DNA of 64,000 bases from an uncultured Chloroflexia bacterium. Lineage in GTDB: Bacteria; Chloroflexota; Limnocylindria; QHBO01. Below, piece by piece: positions 18,958-29,347 of the stretch; position 1 is the first letter of the stretch; the number at the start of each line of letters is the position of its first letter. The translations under genes were made by a program, and so were the position numbers. The stretch is taken from NCBI GenBank assembly GCA_963838125.1, contig CAWIPT010000004.1, positions 10,232 through 74,231 on the forward strand, given 5' to 3'. Under the pieces are notes generated by a model. That model was not told the DNA's origin, did not search any database, and was given only the letters and a program-made list of their open reading frames with translations.

Positions 18958-21581
18958 CTCGCGGCCGGCTCCCCGCCGAGCGCCAGCCGCTCCACGTCGG
19001 CCAGCTCCATCCGCTGACCCACCGCGAAGTTCGCGGCGAACTCCGGGTTCTCAGCCCGAAGCCGATCGGGGTCGAAATTGGCGAGGTCTCGATTCGCCGC
19101 GCCGAGGCCGGACCCGGCCAGGTGCTCGGTCGCGGTCGCAAAGCCGGACAGCCGCGCCGCTTTGACGTCGTCACCTCCCTGATGCGCAGCAGCGGCGAAC
19201 GCGTCGAAGACCAGGATGTAGCCGGTGACATCGTCGGTCCCGCGGAAGATCTCGTATGCCTCGCGCAGGTCCGCCTCCATCCCGGCGAGGTCGTGGCTCA
19301 TCCGGACGAGGGCCCGCATGTACAGGGACCATCCAATCATGAAGCGGTCGTCGAGCTCGCGGAAGATGGCCAGCGCCTCCTCGAGCCTCGTGGCCGCCTC
19401 GTCCCAATCGCTCTCGAAGTAGTACGTGCTGGCGACGGCCCACAGCGCGCGGCCGATGCCCAGCCGGTCGTCGAGGCGCCGGTTGACCGCGAGCGACTCC
19501 TCGGCCACAACCCGGGCCTCTTCCTGCGCTTCGGGCTGCCAGGCGTAGGTGAAAGTCATGTTGTACAGCGCATTCGCTTCCGCCCGGTCGTCCGCGCGGG
19601 CCCGGGCCAGGTCGAGCGTCTCCTGGTACCACACACGAGCTCCATCGGCGTCTCCCTGCCAGTACGCAATCCCACCGGCCGCCTCCAGCGCCGCCTCCCA
19701 GGGCTCTGGGAAACTGCGAGCATCGGACAGCGCGAGGACGGCCTCGGCGAACGCGCGACCCTCGGCCAGGTAGCCGCGGATCTGCCAGTACCGCCAGCAC
19801 GAGGTCAGGAGTCGGAGCGCGATCTCGGTATGGCGGCTCCCGAGGGCCCAGCGGCCCGCGCCGCGAATGTTGTCCCGTTCGAGCTCGTATCGGTCCAGCC
19901 AGTCCCGTCCGTCGCTACCCATGACCTCCCGGGCACCCGATTCGGTGAAGGCCAGCACGGCGGACGCATGTCGGCTGCGCAGGTCCCCCGCCTCGCCGCT
20001 GTCCTCGAGCTGCTCGGCAGCGAACTGGCGGATGGTCTCGAGCATCCGGAAGCGGGGCGTATCCCCGGCGGACTCCTCGCGGAGGAGGGACTTGTCCACC
20101 AGCGAGCTCACAACATCGAGGGCCTGGGACCGATCGGCGGGCTCGAAGCACACGTCCTCGATCTGCTCCAGGGTGGCTCCGCCGGCAAAGACCGATATCC
20201 GCGCGAATGCCCGCCGATCGGCTTCCTCCAGGAGATCGTGGCTCCAGGCGATGGCGCCGCGGAGCGTCTGCTGGCGCTCGGGCAGGTCTCGCGCGCCACC
20301 CGACAGGAGCCCGAGCCGGTCGCTGAGCCGGTCGAGGATGGCCTGCGGGGTGAGCACCCGGACGCGGGCCGCTGCCAGCTCGATGGCCAGCGGCAGCCCG
20401 TCGAGGCGGACGCAGATCTCGGCCACCGCCGGCGCGTTCGCGTTGTCGACCGCGAACCCGGGCTTGACCGCGACCGCACGCTCGACGAAGAGGGCGACCG
20501 ATTCGAACTGGGTGAACTGCTCGAGGTCGGGGAGGTGGCGCGGGTCGGGCAGGCCCAGCGGTGGGACGGGGTACTCGCGCTCGCCGTAGACCCGGAGCGG
20601 GCTCCGGCTGGTGGCGAGGACCGATGTCCTGGCCGCGAGCCCCAGCAGGTCCCCGATCTGCGGGGCCGCATCGCCGACCTGCTCGGCGTTGTCCAGGACC
20701 AGCAGGAAGGTCCGATCCCCGAGGTGGTCTGCCAGGCGTTGGACCGATGCGGAGCCGGGATCGGATAGACCCATCGCCTGGGCGATGGTCGGGACCAGGA
20801 GCGCAGCGCTGGTGATGGGTTCGAGGGCGACGAAGTACACGCCGTCGGGGTACCGATCGGAAGCCTCGGCGGCGACCTGCAGGGCGAGGCGGGTCTTGCC
20901 CGTCCCGCCCGGCCCGGTGAGGGTCACCAGCCGGTTGGCGGCGAGCAGCTCGCGCACGTCGGCCACCTCGCGCTGACGGCCGAGGAAGGAGGTCAATTGG
21001 AGGGGCAGGTTGTTCGGCGTGGCGTCCAGGGTCCGGGGAGTCGGGAAGTCCGCGGGCAGCCCGTCGACGGTCAGCTGCCACAGGTGCTCCGGACGCGAGA
21101 GGTCCTTGAGCCGATGCTGTCCGAGGTCGGTGAAGCTGACGCCGGGCGGCAGGCTCCCGGCCGCGATGGACTGGGTCGCGCCGGACACCAGAACCTGGCC
21201 GCCGTGGCCGGCGGCCGCGACGCGCGCGGCGCGGTGCACATCGAGGCCGACGTAGCTGTCCCCGCCGAGCGTGCCTTCGCCGGTGTGAAGCCCCATCCGC
21301 ACCCGGACGGTCGCCCCCTCCGGCCACGGCTCGGCAGCCAGGGCGCGCTGTGCGGCGCCAGCCGCTGCCACTGCCCGGGGAGCTGACGGGAAGGCCGCGA
21401 AAAAGGCGTCCCCCTCGGTGCTGACCTCGGTGCCGTCGCCGGCTGCGATCGCCTCGCGGAGGAGTGCGTGGTGCCGTTCCAGGAGGGGCTTGAACGCGTC
21501 GCCCAGCGACTCGAGCAGACGGGTGCTGCCCTCGATATCGGTGAACAGGAAGGTGACGGTGCCGGTCGGCAGGGTGGGCAT
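18954..21581 (-). CDS. Class III nucleotide cyclase + NB-ARC-like STAND ATPase + TPR protein
   Basis: Start MPTLPTGTVTFLFTDIEGST; EGDA, RMGLHTG, VHRAAR; Walker A GPGGTGKT, LLVLDN, GLPLAIELAA, helical repeats. Confidence 0.9.
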   Translation of the reverse strand: MPTLPTGTVTFLFTDIEGSTRLLESLGDAFKPLLERHHALLREAIAAGDGTEVSTEGDAFFAAFPSAPRAVAAAGAAQRALAAEPWPEGATVRVRMGLHTGEGTLGGDSYVGLDVHRAARVAAAGHGGQVLVSGATQSIAAGSLPPGVSFTDLGQHRLKDLSRPEHLWQLTVDGLPADFPTPRTLDATPNNLPLQLTSFLGRQREVADVRELLAANRLVTLTGPGGTGKTRLALQVAAEASDRYPDGVYFVALEPITSAALLVPTIAQAMGLSDPGSASVQRLADHLGDRTFLLVLDNAEQVGDAAPQIGDLLGLAARTSVLATSRSPLRVYGEREYPVPPLGLPDPRHLPDLEQFTQFESVALFVERAVAVKPGFAVDNANAPAVAEICVRLDGLPLAIELAAARVRVLTPQAILDRLSDRLGLLSGGARDLPERQQTLRGAIAWSHDLLEEADRRAFARISVFAGGATLEQIEDVCFEPADRSQALDVVSSLVDKSLLREESAGDTPRFRMLETIRQFAAEQLEDSGEAGDLRSRHASAVLAFTESGAREVMGSDGRDWLDRYELERDNIRGAGRWALGSRHTEIALRLLTSCWRYWQIRGYLAEGRAFAEAVLALSDARSFPEPWEAALEAAGGIAYWQGDADGARVWYQETLDLARARADDRAEANALYNMTFTYAWQPEAQEEARVVAEESLAVNRRLDDRLGIGRALWAVASTYYFESDWDEAATRLEEALAIFRELDDRFMIGWSLYMRALVRMSHDLAGMEADLREAYEIFRGTDDVTGYILVFDAFAAAAHQGGDDVKAARLSGFATATEHLAGSGLGAANRDLANFDPDRLRAENPEFAANFAVGQRMELADVERLALGGEPAAS

Positions 21582-21645
21582 CGGGTTCGTAGTTTCGGGC
21601 CTCGGTTCTGTCGCGGCAAGGTGAAACGGATACCGTACGGCGCAG

Positions 21646-22587
21646 ATGAGCGACGAGCTGGCCGCACCCCTCGACCGGCTCGGTTCCCGCCCCATCCTCG
21701 CCGCCGTCCTCGGCGCGCTCGCCATCTCGTTCACTGGCGTCAACGTGCGGCTGGCCAACGTCGAGCCGGCCACCGCCGCCGTCTTCCGCTGTCTCTACGC
21801 CTTGCCGGTGCTGTGGTTCCTGGCCCGGGCGGAGGAGCGGCGCTTCGGTCCGCGGGCTCCGGGCCAGCGACGGCTGGCGATCATCGCCGGGCTGTTCTTC
21901 GCCGCCGACCTCGTCGCGTGGCACTACGCCATCCAGATGGTTGGTGCCGGCCTGGCGACGGTACTGGGCAACACCCAGGTCGTGTTCGTGGCCATCGCCG
22001 CGTGGCTCTTCTTCGGGGAGCGGCTCACCGCGCGACTGATCGGCGCCCTGGTCGTCGCCCTCAGCGGGGTCGTGCTCATCTCCGGCGTCCTGGGCGGCGG
22101 GGCCTATGGCGAGAACCCGGTCGCCGGCGTATTCCTGGGCCTGTTCACCGGCGCCATGTACGCCGGATTCCTCCTCGTCCAACGGCTGGGCAACCGTGAC
22201 CCACGGCGGCCGGCCGGGCCACTGCTGGACGCCACGGCGTCGGCCGCGGTCGCGTCCGCCGTCGCCGGCCTGGTCCTGGCCCAGATCACGTTCCTCCCAT
22301 CGTGGCCCGCCCACGGCTGGCTGGTGATCCTGGCACTGAGCGCCCAGGTCGTTGGCTACCTGCTCATCAGCGTGGCCCTCCCCAGGCTCCCGTCGGCGCT
22401 GACCTCGATCGTCCTCCTCATCCAGCCGGTGGCGGCGGTCGGGCTGGCCATGCTCATCCTCGGCGAGGCCCCGTCTCCGACTCAGCTCCTGGGCGTGGGA
22501 CTGGTGGTCGGTGGGGTGGTGCTGGCCACCGCGCGTGCGCCACGGGCTAGCCAGGCGGCCGTGGCCGACGCCGCGGAGGGCCCGTAG
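21646..22587 (+). CDS. DMT/EamA family transporter
   Basis: Ten TM helices, two EamA repeats (FFGER, ILGEAP). Confidence 0.88.
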   Translation: MSDELAAPLDRLGSRPILAAVLGALAISFTGVNVRLANVEPATAAVFRCLYALPVLWFLARAEERRFGPRAPGQRRLAIIAGLFFAADLVAWHYAIQMVGAGLATVLGNTQVVFVAIAAWLFFGERLTARLIGALVVALSGVVLISGVLGGGAYGENPVAGVFLGLFTGAMYAGFLLVQRLGNRDPRRPAGPLLDATASAAVASAVAGLVLAQITFLPSWPAHGWLVILALSAQVVGYLLISVALPRLPSALTSIVLLIQPVAAVGLAMLILGEAPSPTQLLGVGLVVGGVVLATARAPRASQAAVADAAEGP

Positions 22588-22611
22588 GACGGAGCGGCTA
22601 TGGTTGGTCCG

Positions 22612-23814
22612 ATGAGCGACGAGCCCCTGCTCCTGACCGGCACTGGCCGGCTCCTGATGGCGCAGGTCCACGCCGCCGACCCGCCTACCGTGCTCTCGCC
22701 GTGGGCCGTCCTCGTCCGCCACGGCCGGGTGGCGTGGGTCGGGTCGCCCGACGCGGCGCCGGCGACTGACCGATGGGAGGACGTGGGCGTGGCGCTGGTC
22801 ACCCCCGGGCTGGTGGATGCGCACACCCACCCGGTGTTCGCCGGTGACCGAGCCGACGAGGCGGCGGCCCGCCTGGCCGGCCAGCCATATGCCGCCGGCG
22901 GCATCCTCCGCACCGTGGCCTCGACGCGCGACGCATCCGACGACACGCTCGAGGCCCTGGTCGAGGAGCGGTTCGGGGCCGCGCTCGACTCGGGCACCAC
23001 GACGCTGGAGGCCAAGTCCGGATACGGGCTCACCCTTGCCGACGAGCTGCGAAGCCTCCGCATCATCCGGGCCGCCGCCGAGCGTGTCGGCATCCGGGTC
23101 GTTCGCACCTTCCTCGGGGCGCATGCCGTGCCGCCCGAGGCGGGCTCGGCCGACGACCACGTCGAGGAGGTCGTCCACAACATGCTGCCCGCGGTCGCCG
23201 ACGAGGCGGAGTTCGTCGACGTGTTCTGCGACCGCGGATTCTTCACCACTGAGCAGGCGGAGAGAGTGCTGTCCGCTGCCCGGGACCACGGCATGGCGTT
23301 GAAGCTCCACGCCGAGCAGCTGGCCCGTACCGGAGCCACCGAGCTGGGCGTCAGGTTGGGAGCGGTGTCGGTCGACCACCTCGAGCACCTGGACGCGGAC
23401 GGCGTGCGCGCCCTCGCGGCCTCGAGCACGGTTGCCACCCTCCTGCCCGGGCCGTCGCTCCTGCTGCGGGACCACCGGCCGCCGGCTCGTGCCCTGCTGG
23501 ACGGCGGCGCGACCGTGGCCCTGGCCAGCGATGCGAACGCGGGAACGTACGCCAACCCGTCCATGCCGCTGGTGATCGGCCTTGGGGCGGCGACCCTGGG
23601 CATGACCGTGGACGAGGCGGTCGCGGCGGCCACCGCGGGCGGTGCCGCCGCCATCGGTCTGTCCACCGAGGTCGGCATCATCCGGGAGGGGATGGCAGCC
23701 GATCTCGTGGCGTGGGACGCTGAGCATGAGGGGTCCTTCGCCCTGCGCATGGGTGATGTCGGGCCTCTCCGGATCTGGATCGGGGGCGAGGAGCGTGGAC
23801 ATGGATCGGTTTGA
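22612..23814 (+). CDS. hutI: Imidazolonepropionase
   Basis: PGLVDAHTH, GGILRTV, EAKSGYGL, FLGAH, DVFCD, KLHAEQ, DHLE. Confidence 0.88.
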   Translation: MSDEPLLLTGTGRLLMAQVHAADPPTVLSPWAVLVRHGRVAWVGSPDAAPATDRWEDVGVALVTPGLVDAHTHPVFAGDRADEAAARLAGQPYAAGGILRTVASTRDASDDTLEALVEERFGAALDSGTTTLEAKSGYGLTLADELRSLRIIRAAAERVGIRVVRTFLGAHAVPPEAGSADDHVEEVVHNMLPAVADEAEFVDVFCDRGFFTTEQAERVLSAARDHGMALKLHAEQLARTGATELGVRLGAVSVDHLEHLDADGVRALAASSTVATLLPGPSLLLRDHRPPARALLDGGATVALASDANAGTYANPSMPLVIGLGAATLGMTVDEAVAAATAGGAAAIGLSTEVGIIREGMAADLVAWDAEHEGSFALRMGDVGPLRIWIGGEERGHGSV

Positions 23815-25159
23815 CTTCGTGGTCATCGGTGCCGGGGCGGCCGGCGAGGCCGCCGCCAACATGGCGCGCGAACGCGGAGCGAGTGTGGCCATCGTTGATC
23901 GCGACCTGGTCGGGGGCTCGTGCTCGTTCTGGGCCTGCATCCCGTCGAAGTCGCTCCTCCACTCGGCCGCCGTCCACGCCGGCGGCGGCGACTACCCCTG
24001 GCCCAGGGCCGCGGCCCGACGCGACTACAACATCAACCGCATCGACATCCCCTATCCCGATGACGCGTTCCACGTCAAGCGGCTCGAGGAAGTGGGAGCG
24101 GTCATCGTCCGGGGCACGGCCCGCCTGGACGGCCCTGGCCGCGTGGTGGTGACCCACGACGACGTGACCCACGAGCTGGAGGGAACGCACGTCGTGGTGG
24201 CGGTGGGCTCGGAGTCGCGCATCCCGGACCTGCCCGGCCTCGACCAGATCACGTACTGGACCAACAAGGACGCCACCTCCGCCAGCGAGCTGCCCGAGAG
24301 CCTCCTCGTCCTGGGCGGCGGGCCGACCGGCGTGGAGCTGGCCCAGGTCTACGCCCGCTACGGGGTGCCGGTGACGTTGGTCGAGTCCAACCCCCGGATC
24401 CTGGCCCGCGATCACCCAAAGAACTCGGCCATCCTCGAGCGCGCCCTGAAGGCGGCCGGGGCGACGATCTGGACCGGCGTCAAGGCGGTCCAGGTCCACC
24501 CCGGCCCGAATGCGTCCGGTCCCCACCAGGTGGAGCTCAGCGACGGGAGCCGAGCGGCGGGGCATGCGGTGATGTTCGCCATCGGCCGCGCCTTCCCGCT
24601 CGAGGGCCTCGGCCTTGAGACCGTCGGCGTCGAAGTCGAGAAGGGACGCGTCACTCCGGACGAGCGCCTCCAGCTGGCACCCAACGTGTGGGTGGCCGGC
24701 GATCCGGCCGGTCCCGAGCTCCATACCCACGTCGCCCATTACGAGGGCGAGATGGTCGTCCGCATGGCGCTCGGCGACGACGTGCGGCCGGATCTGCGGG
24801 CCATCCCGCGAGCCACCTACACCGATCCGGAGACCTCCTCGGTCGGGCTCCAAATCGGCGAGGCGCAGGAGGCTGGCATCGACGCGGTGGAGTTCGAGGA
24901 GGACCTGGCCCACTCGGCCAAGGGATATACGGCAGAGGCCGACGGCCACGTGATCGTGGTCGCCGACCGCGCCGCGCGGACCGTAGTCGGCGTCTTCCTG
25001 GCCGGTCCGGGAGCGTCGGAGGCGATCCACGAGGCGGTTCTCGCCGTAAAGCTGCGAACCACGCTCGACACCCTCGCCGACACCATCCACGCGTTCCCGA
25101 CCCTTTCCCGGGTCATGGGCGGGGTGTTCACTCGCGCCGCGCGGGAGCTGAACGACTGA
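23801..25159 (+). CDS. Class I pyridine nucleotide-disulfide oxidoreductase (Lpd/MerA-like)
   Basis: GAGAAG, GGSCSFWACIPSK redox CxxxxC, GGGPTGVE, AGD. Confidence 0.88.
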   Translation: MDRFDFVVIGAGAAGEAAANMARERGASVAIVDRDLVGGSCSFWACIPSKSLLHSAAVHAGGGDYPWPRAAARRDYNINRIDIPYPDDAFHVKRLEEVGAVIVRGTARLDGPGRVVVTHDDVTHELEGTHVVVAVGSESRIPDLPGLDQITYWTNKDATSASELPESLLVLGGGPTGVELAQVYARYGVPVTLVESNPRILARDHPKNSAILERALKAAGATIWTGVKAVQVHPGPNASGPHQVELSDGSRAAGHAVMFAIGRAFPLEGLGLETVGVEVEKGRVTPDERLQLAPNVWVAGDPAGPELHTHVAHYEGEMVVRMALGDDVRPDLRAIPRATYTDPETSSVGLQIGEAQEAGIDAVEFEEDLAHSAKGYTAEADGHVIVVADRAARTVVGVFLAGPGASEAIHEAVLAVKLRTTLDTLADTIHAFPTLSRVMGGVFTRAARELND

Positions 25160-25162
25160 CCG

Positions 25163-26207
25163 ATGCGGGTCATGGAGCTGCGCCAGCCGGCGCCCGTCTC
25201 CACCGGCCCGCTGGTCCTCGCCGAGCGCGATCCGGCCGAGCCGGGTCCAGGCGAGCTGGCGCGTCCAGGTCACCGCCACCGCAGTCTGCCGCACCGACCT
25301 CCAGCTCGCCCAGGGAGAGATCGAGGCCCGGCGCCTGCCCATCGTCCCGGGCCACCAGGTCGTGGGCCGGGTCACCGCCGTCGGCGATGGGGTCGCGGAC
25401 TGGCAGGTCGGCGACCGCGCCGGCGTCACCTGGCTGGCGGGCTCGGACGGGACCTGCGACTACTGCCTCTCGGGCCGGGAAAACCTCTGTCCCAACGCCA
25501 CGTTCACGGGCTGGGACCGCGATGGGGGCTACGCCGACGCCATGACAGTGCGGGCCGACGTCGCCGTCCGCCTGCCAGACGCATACGCCGATGCGGATGC
25601 CGCCCCGCTGCTGTGCGGCGGGGTCATCGGTCATCGCGCCCTGCGCCTGGCGGGCGTGCCCGGCCTGGGTGACGATCCCGACCTGGAGTGGCATCGGTCT
25701 ACGCCGTTCCGCCTGGGCCTGTACGGCTTCGGGGCATCGGCGTCGCTGGCCATCCAGGAGGCCATCCATCTCGGCTGCGTGGTGCACGTCGCGACGCGAT
25801 CCGCCGCCGAGCGGGAGCGGGCCCTTGAGCTTGGCGCGGCGACTGTCAGGCGGCTACGCCGAGCCGCCGGCCGAGCCTCTCGACGCGGCCATCTCCTTCG
25901 CCCCGGTCGGGACGGTGGCCGTGTTCGCCCTGGGCGACGTCGCGCCGGGCGGAACGGTGGTGATCAACGCCATCCACCTCGACCAGGTTCCCGCCTTCCC
26001 GTACCGGCTGCTGTGGGAGGAACGGGTCCTGCGCAGCGTGGCCAATGTCACCCACCGCGATGCCGTCGAGTACCTCGAGCTTGCTGCCGCGATCCCGGTC
26101 AGCGACATCGGTCCGCACGTATGGCCTGACCGATGCCAATGCCGCGCTCGCCGACCTGGCGGCGGGCGCGATCGGTGCCGGGAGCAGCCGTCCTCCTGCC
26201 GGAGTAG
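25163..26207 (+). CDS. Zn-dependent alcohol dehydrogenase family protein, multiply frameshifted
   Basis: Pieces across frames: MRVMEL..., VCRTDL, PGHQVVG, CDYCLSGRENLC, APLLCGG, LYGFGAS, LWEERVLRSVAN. Confidence 0.8.
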
Positions 26208-26238
26208 CGGCCCCTGGCGTGGGCCGCCCGGTCTACGT

Positions 26239-26643
26239 CTAGGTCGGGCAGTCCAGCTCGGCGTTCAACGCGTCGACGGCTGAGGTCACCGCAGCCAGCT
26301 CATCCTCGATTGACGCCAGCGCCTCCTGTGGCGTGGAATCGTCGGGTACGTCGTCGAGAGCGGCCTTCACCTCGTCAACGGCCTGGTTGACCTCCGTCAC
26401 CCGGTCATCGGCCACCTTGGTGGCGTTCTCGCGGAAATCGCGGAAGGTCCGTTGGACCGATATCCACGCCTCGCGGTACTCGTCGATGGCGCTCGCCGAT
26501 GGCTCGAGGGCACGGAAGGCCTCCAGGCTTGACTGGAATGCGGCCTGGCTGAGGCACAGGTCGCCGGTCTGCGGCGTGCTGGGCGTCGGCGCGCAGGCGG
26601 CCAGCAGGAGTCCAGCCAGGAGCAAGATGCGTGCTCGGTTCAT
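26239..26643 (-). CDS. Hypothetical helical lipoprotein
   Basis: GGAGG RBS; MNRARILLLAGLLLAAC lipobox; two further Cys. Confidence 0.75.
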   Translation of the reverse strand: MNRARILLLAGLLLAACAPTPSTPQTGDLCLSQAAFQSSLEAFRALEPSASAIDEYREAWISVQRTFRDFRENATKVADDRVTEVNQAVDEVKAALDDVPDDSTPQEALASIEDELAAVTSAVDALNAELDCPT

Positions 26644-26663
26644 GGTTTGCCTCCTCACGTGGC

Positions 26664-28158
26664 TCAGGCCCGGAATCGATCGATGAGCAGGCCGTGGCGC
26701 AGGCCCCGGTCGCTGACGGTCAACGAGTCCTGGCCGAGCTTGTCCATCACGGTCCTGACGATGCAGGCCCCGGCCAGGATCACTTCTGCCCGTTTGGGCT
26801 GCAGGCCCACGATCTCGCGACGCGCGTCGGCGTCGCGCGACCGGTAGAGCTCGATCTGGCGGTCGAGCTCCGCTCGGTCCAACACCGTTCCCTGCACGAC
26901 GTCCGGGTCGTACGTGGCCAGGCCGTGCTTGACCGCGGTGATGTTGGTGATGGCTCCGCCCATCCCGACCAGCGCATCCGGGGGCGGGCGGCCATCGAGG
27001 CTGCTCAGATCGGCTGCGATGGCATCCATGGCCTGCTGCAGCACGTCTGGCGAGACCTCGCCATCGAGCCCGAACCGTTCGGCGTAGCGCACCGCGCCCA
27101 CGTCAACGCTGAACCGCTCCTCCACCGTCGCCCCGCGTCCGAACGTGAACTGCGAGCTGCCGCCGCCGGTGTCGAACACCACCAGCGAGCTGTCCGGCAG
27201 ACCGATGCCCTGCTGCACCGCGAGGTACGCCAGCCGGCTCTCCTCATCGCCGGGGATGACCTCCACGGTCACGCCGGCTCCGCTCGCGAATGGCGGCAAT
27301 GACCTCGTCGCGGTTGGCGGCCTGTCGGGCCCATGCGGTGGCCACCGCTGCGATGGCCCGCACGTCGTGCTCGCGGGCCTCCGTCACCATCTGACCGATG
27401 GCCGTCGCCGCGCGCTCGAGCGGCTCCGGCCCGACCTCTCCGTTGTCATCAAGGCCCTCGCCGATCCGGGTGACCTCGGCCCGGTCGACCAGCGTCCGCC
27501 ACGATCCGTCGGGGTGGCGTTCGGCAAGGTGGAACTTGATGGAGTTGGTCCCGATGTCGATGACCGCGAATCGCTGCGGCGTGCCGTCGATGAGATCGGC
27601 CAGGCCCCGCGGGTAGCTGGTGTTCACGTAGTCCGCCAGGCCGATCGAGCGGACGGCGGCGATGACCGCGGCCGCATCCTCCGACTCGATCGCCACCGTC
27701 CGGATCTCCCTCCCGCCGGCGGTCACATCCGACAGCTCCGAGGTGCAGCCGCCGATCACGTACCGCACCCGCCGCTTGTGGACCGGTACCGCCCGCAGGC
27801 CCTCGGTCGGCGCCACCAGCTCGTCGCGGAACTGGTCCAGGCTGTACGCCTCGCGCGTGAGGGGCGGAACCGGCCGGCCCAGGGCCTCGTACACCTTCCC
27901 CACGTCCGAGGCAGCCAGCGGGAAGCCCACCTTCATGACCGGGATCCACTGCTCCAGGCCGTCGGGGTTGACCTCCTTGAGGACCTTGATGTCCATGAGG
28001 TCGTCCCGGATCTTCACGTTGTCGGTGGCGCCGGAGAGCAGGTACAGCTCGTCGCTCTCCTGGATGCCGGTCGGCGTGAGCACCCGGAGTACCACGTCGG
28101 CTGCGCCAAACCGTGTGCCGAACGAGCGCCACTCCCAGCGCGGGATGATCTCGGTCAA
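26664..28158 (-). CDS. ppx: Ppx/GppA exopolyphosphatase with an extra N-terminal domain, frameshifted near 27290
   Basis: IDIGTNSIK, AVAT, GDEESRL, DTGGGSSQ, VGMGG, RAEVILAG, GLRHG spread over two ORFs. Confidence 0.82.
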
Positions 28159-28518
28159 CCGGTGCTCCCCGAGGCCTCGTCGTCGGACTCACCGAGCGGG
28201 GCTTCCTCGACTGGCTCCTCGTGGACGCGGCTCGCCTCCACGATCGTTGGCCGCCCTTCCCGATCCTTCCACCGGGTCTCGAGCTGGACGGTGTTATCGC
28301 CCTCCCCCACCAGGAGCAGCACCGCTCGATATCCGCTGCTGGTCGTCTCAACTGCACGCGATCGTGGCTGCGGTCAGCGGGAGCGGCAGCATGGCCACGA
28401 TTGGGCCCAGGTTCGCATGCAGCTCCCGGCTCATGTGCTCGGCTGCCTGACCGATGTCGCCGGTCATGAGCGCAGCACAGAAAGCCTGGGCGTGTTCCCG
28501 GACGGCCTCTTCATTCAT
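28155..28518 (-). CDS. Small hypothetical protein (NTF2-like?), frameshifted, coupled to ppx
   Basis: MNEEAVREHAQAFCAAL... continues as GYRAVLLLVG...LETRWKDREGRPTIVEAS; its TGA overlaps the ppx start. Confidence 0.55.
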
Positions 28519-28538
28519 CGATTTGGCACCTGGCGAGT

Positions 28539-28586
28539 TTGGCTGGGGCGGAAGGATTCGAACCTTCGATCTCCTGATCCAGAGTC
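28539..28586 (-). repeat. att core duplication: 3-prime 48 bp of tRNA-Gln
   Basis: Identical to 30612-30659 (anticodon arm through CCA); the 5-prime half of the tRNA is absent. Confidence 0.95.
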
Positions 28587-28602
28587 CGTCCAACCGGGCT
28601 CA

Positions 28603-28689
28603 GGATACCAATCCGAGCGTGCAGACCGTCCCCCTGCGTCCACCCGTTCCCCCGAAATCCACACGCTAAGGGATACCAATTAGGGTACT
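28603..28689. repeat. Putative integrase arm-type sites, left end
   Basis: GGATACCAAT at 28603 and 28671; GGATACCAATTAGGGTACT at 28671-28689. Confidence 0.55.
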
Positions 28690-28798
28690 GAATGGCCGCC
28701 GTCAGCCGCTCGACGTGGCTGGATTGAAAGTCTGCGTCCCTTCCTGGCTCAAACTGAGTAGGCACGGGATGCGGTTCCGTGCCACAACTGGGGAAGGC

Positions 28799-29347
28799 AT
28801 GGATAGAGAGCTCGTGAGTCGCGCTCAAGGTGGTGACCGGGAGGCATTCGCTCGCCTGGCCTCCGCCGTGACATCGTCGTTCCTGTCGGTCGCGTACCGG
28901 ATCCTGCGCGACGCCGATCTGGCCGAGGACGCCACGCAGCAGTCCCTGCTGACCATCTGGGAGCGGCTCCCGCAGCTCCGCGACCCGGAACGATTCGAGG
29001 CGTGGGCGTATCGGACCCTCGTCCGTGCCTGCTACCGGGAAGGACGGAAGGCAGGACGGTGGGCGCAGCCCATCAGTGTGCACGCACTCGCCGAGCAGCG
29101 GGTGCCGGACGAAGCGGGCGCGGTCCTCGACCGCGATGCGCTCGAACGCGCCTTCCGACAGCTTTCCATGGATCACCGCGCCGTGGTGGTCCTGCGCCAC
29201 TACCGCCACATGTCGCTCGAGGAGGTATCTGCGGCGCTCGACATACCGGTCGGCACCGCCGCCTCGCGCCTCCATTACGCGCTGCGCCAGATGCGCGCCG
29301 CGCTCGAAGCCGATGCTCGACCGGGCGTCGGGAGGGCCGCCGGATGA
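28799..29347 (+). CDS. ECF sigma factor (islet cargo)
   Basis: MDRELVSRAQGGDREAF, LAEDATQ, WAYRTLV, IPVGTAASRLHYA. Confidence 0.9.
   Translation: MDRELVSRAQGGDREAFARLASAVTSSFLSVAYRILRDADLAEDATQQSLLTIWERLPQLRDPERFEAWAYRTLVRACYREGRKAGRWAQPISVHALAEQRVPDEAGAVLDRDALERAFRQLSMDHRAVVVLRHYRHMSLEEVSAALDIPVGTAASRLHYALRQMRAALEADARPGVGRAAG

Noticed and set aside
19915-23940. 1341-aa minus-strand ORF and similar long ORFs (38962-41718, 18234-20768, 43223-45118)
   Set aside because: Arg/Pro/Gly-rich shadow frames overlapping well-supported genes; expected at this GC content.
23801-25159. Mercuric reductase or mer operon
   Set aside because: No C-terminal Cys pair, no NmerA domain and no merR/merT neighbours.
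28539-28586. Second tRNA-Gln gene
   Set aside because: Only the 3-prime 48 bp is present, with no D-arm or 5-prime acceptor strand; it is an att duplication.
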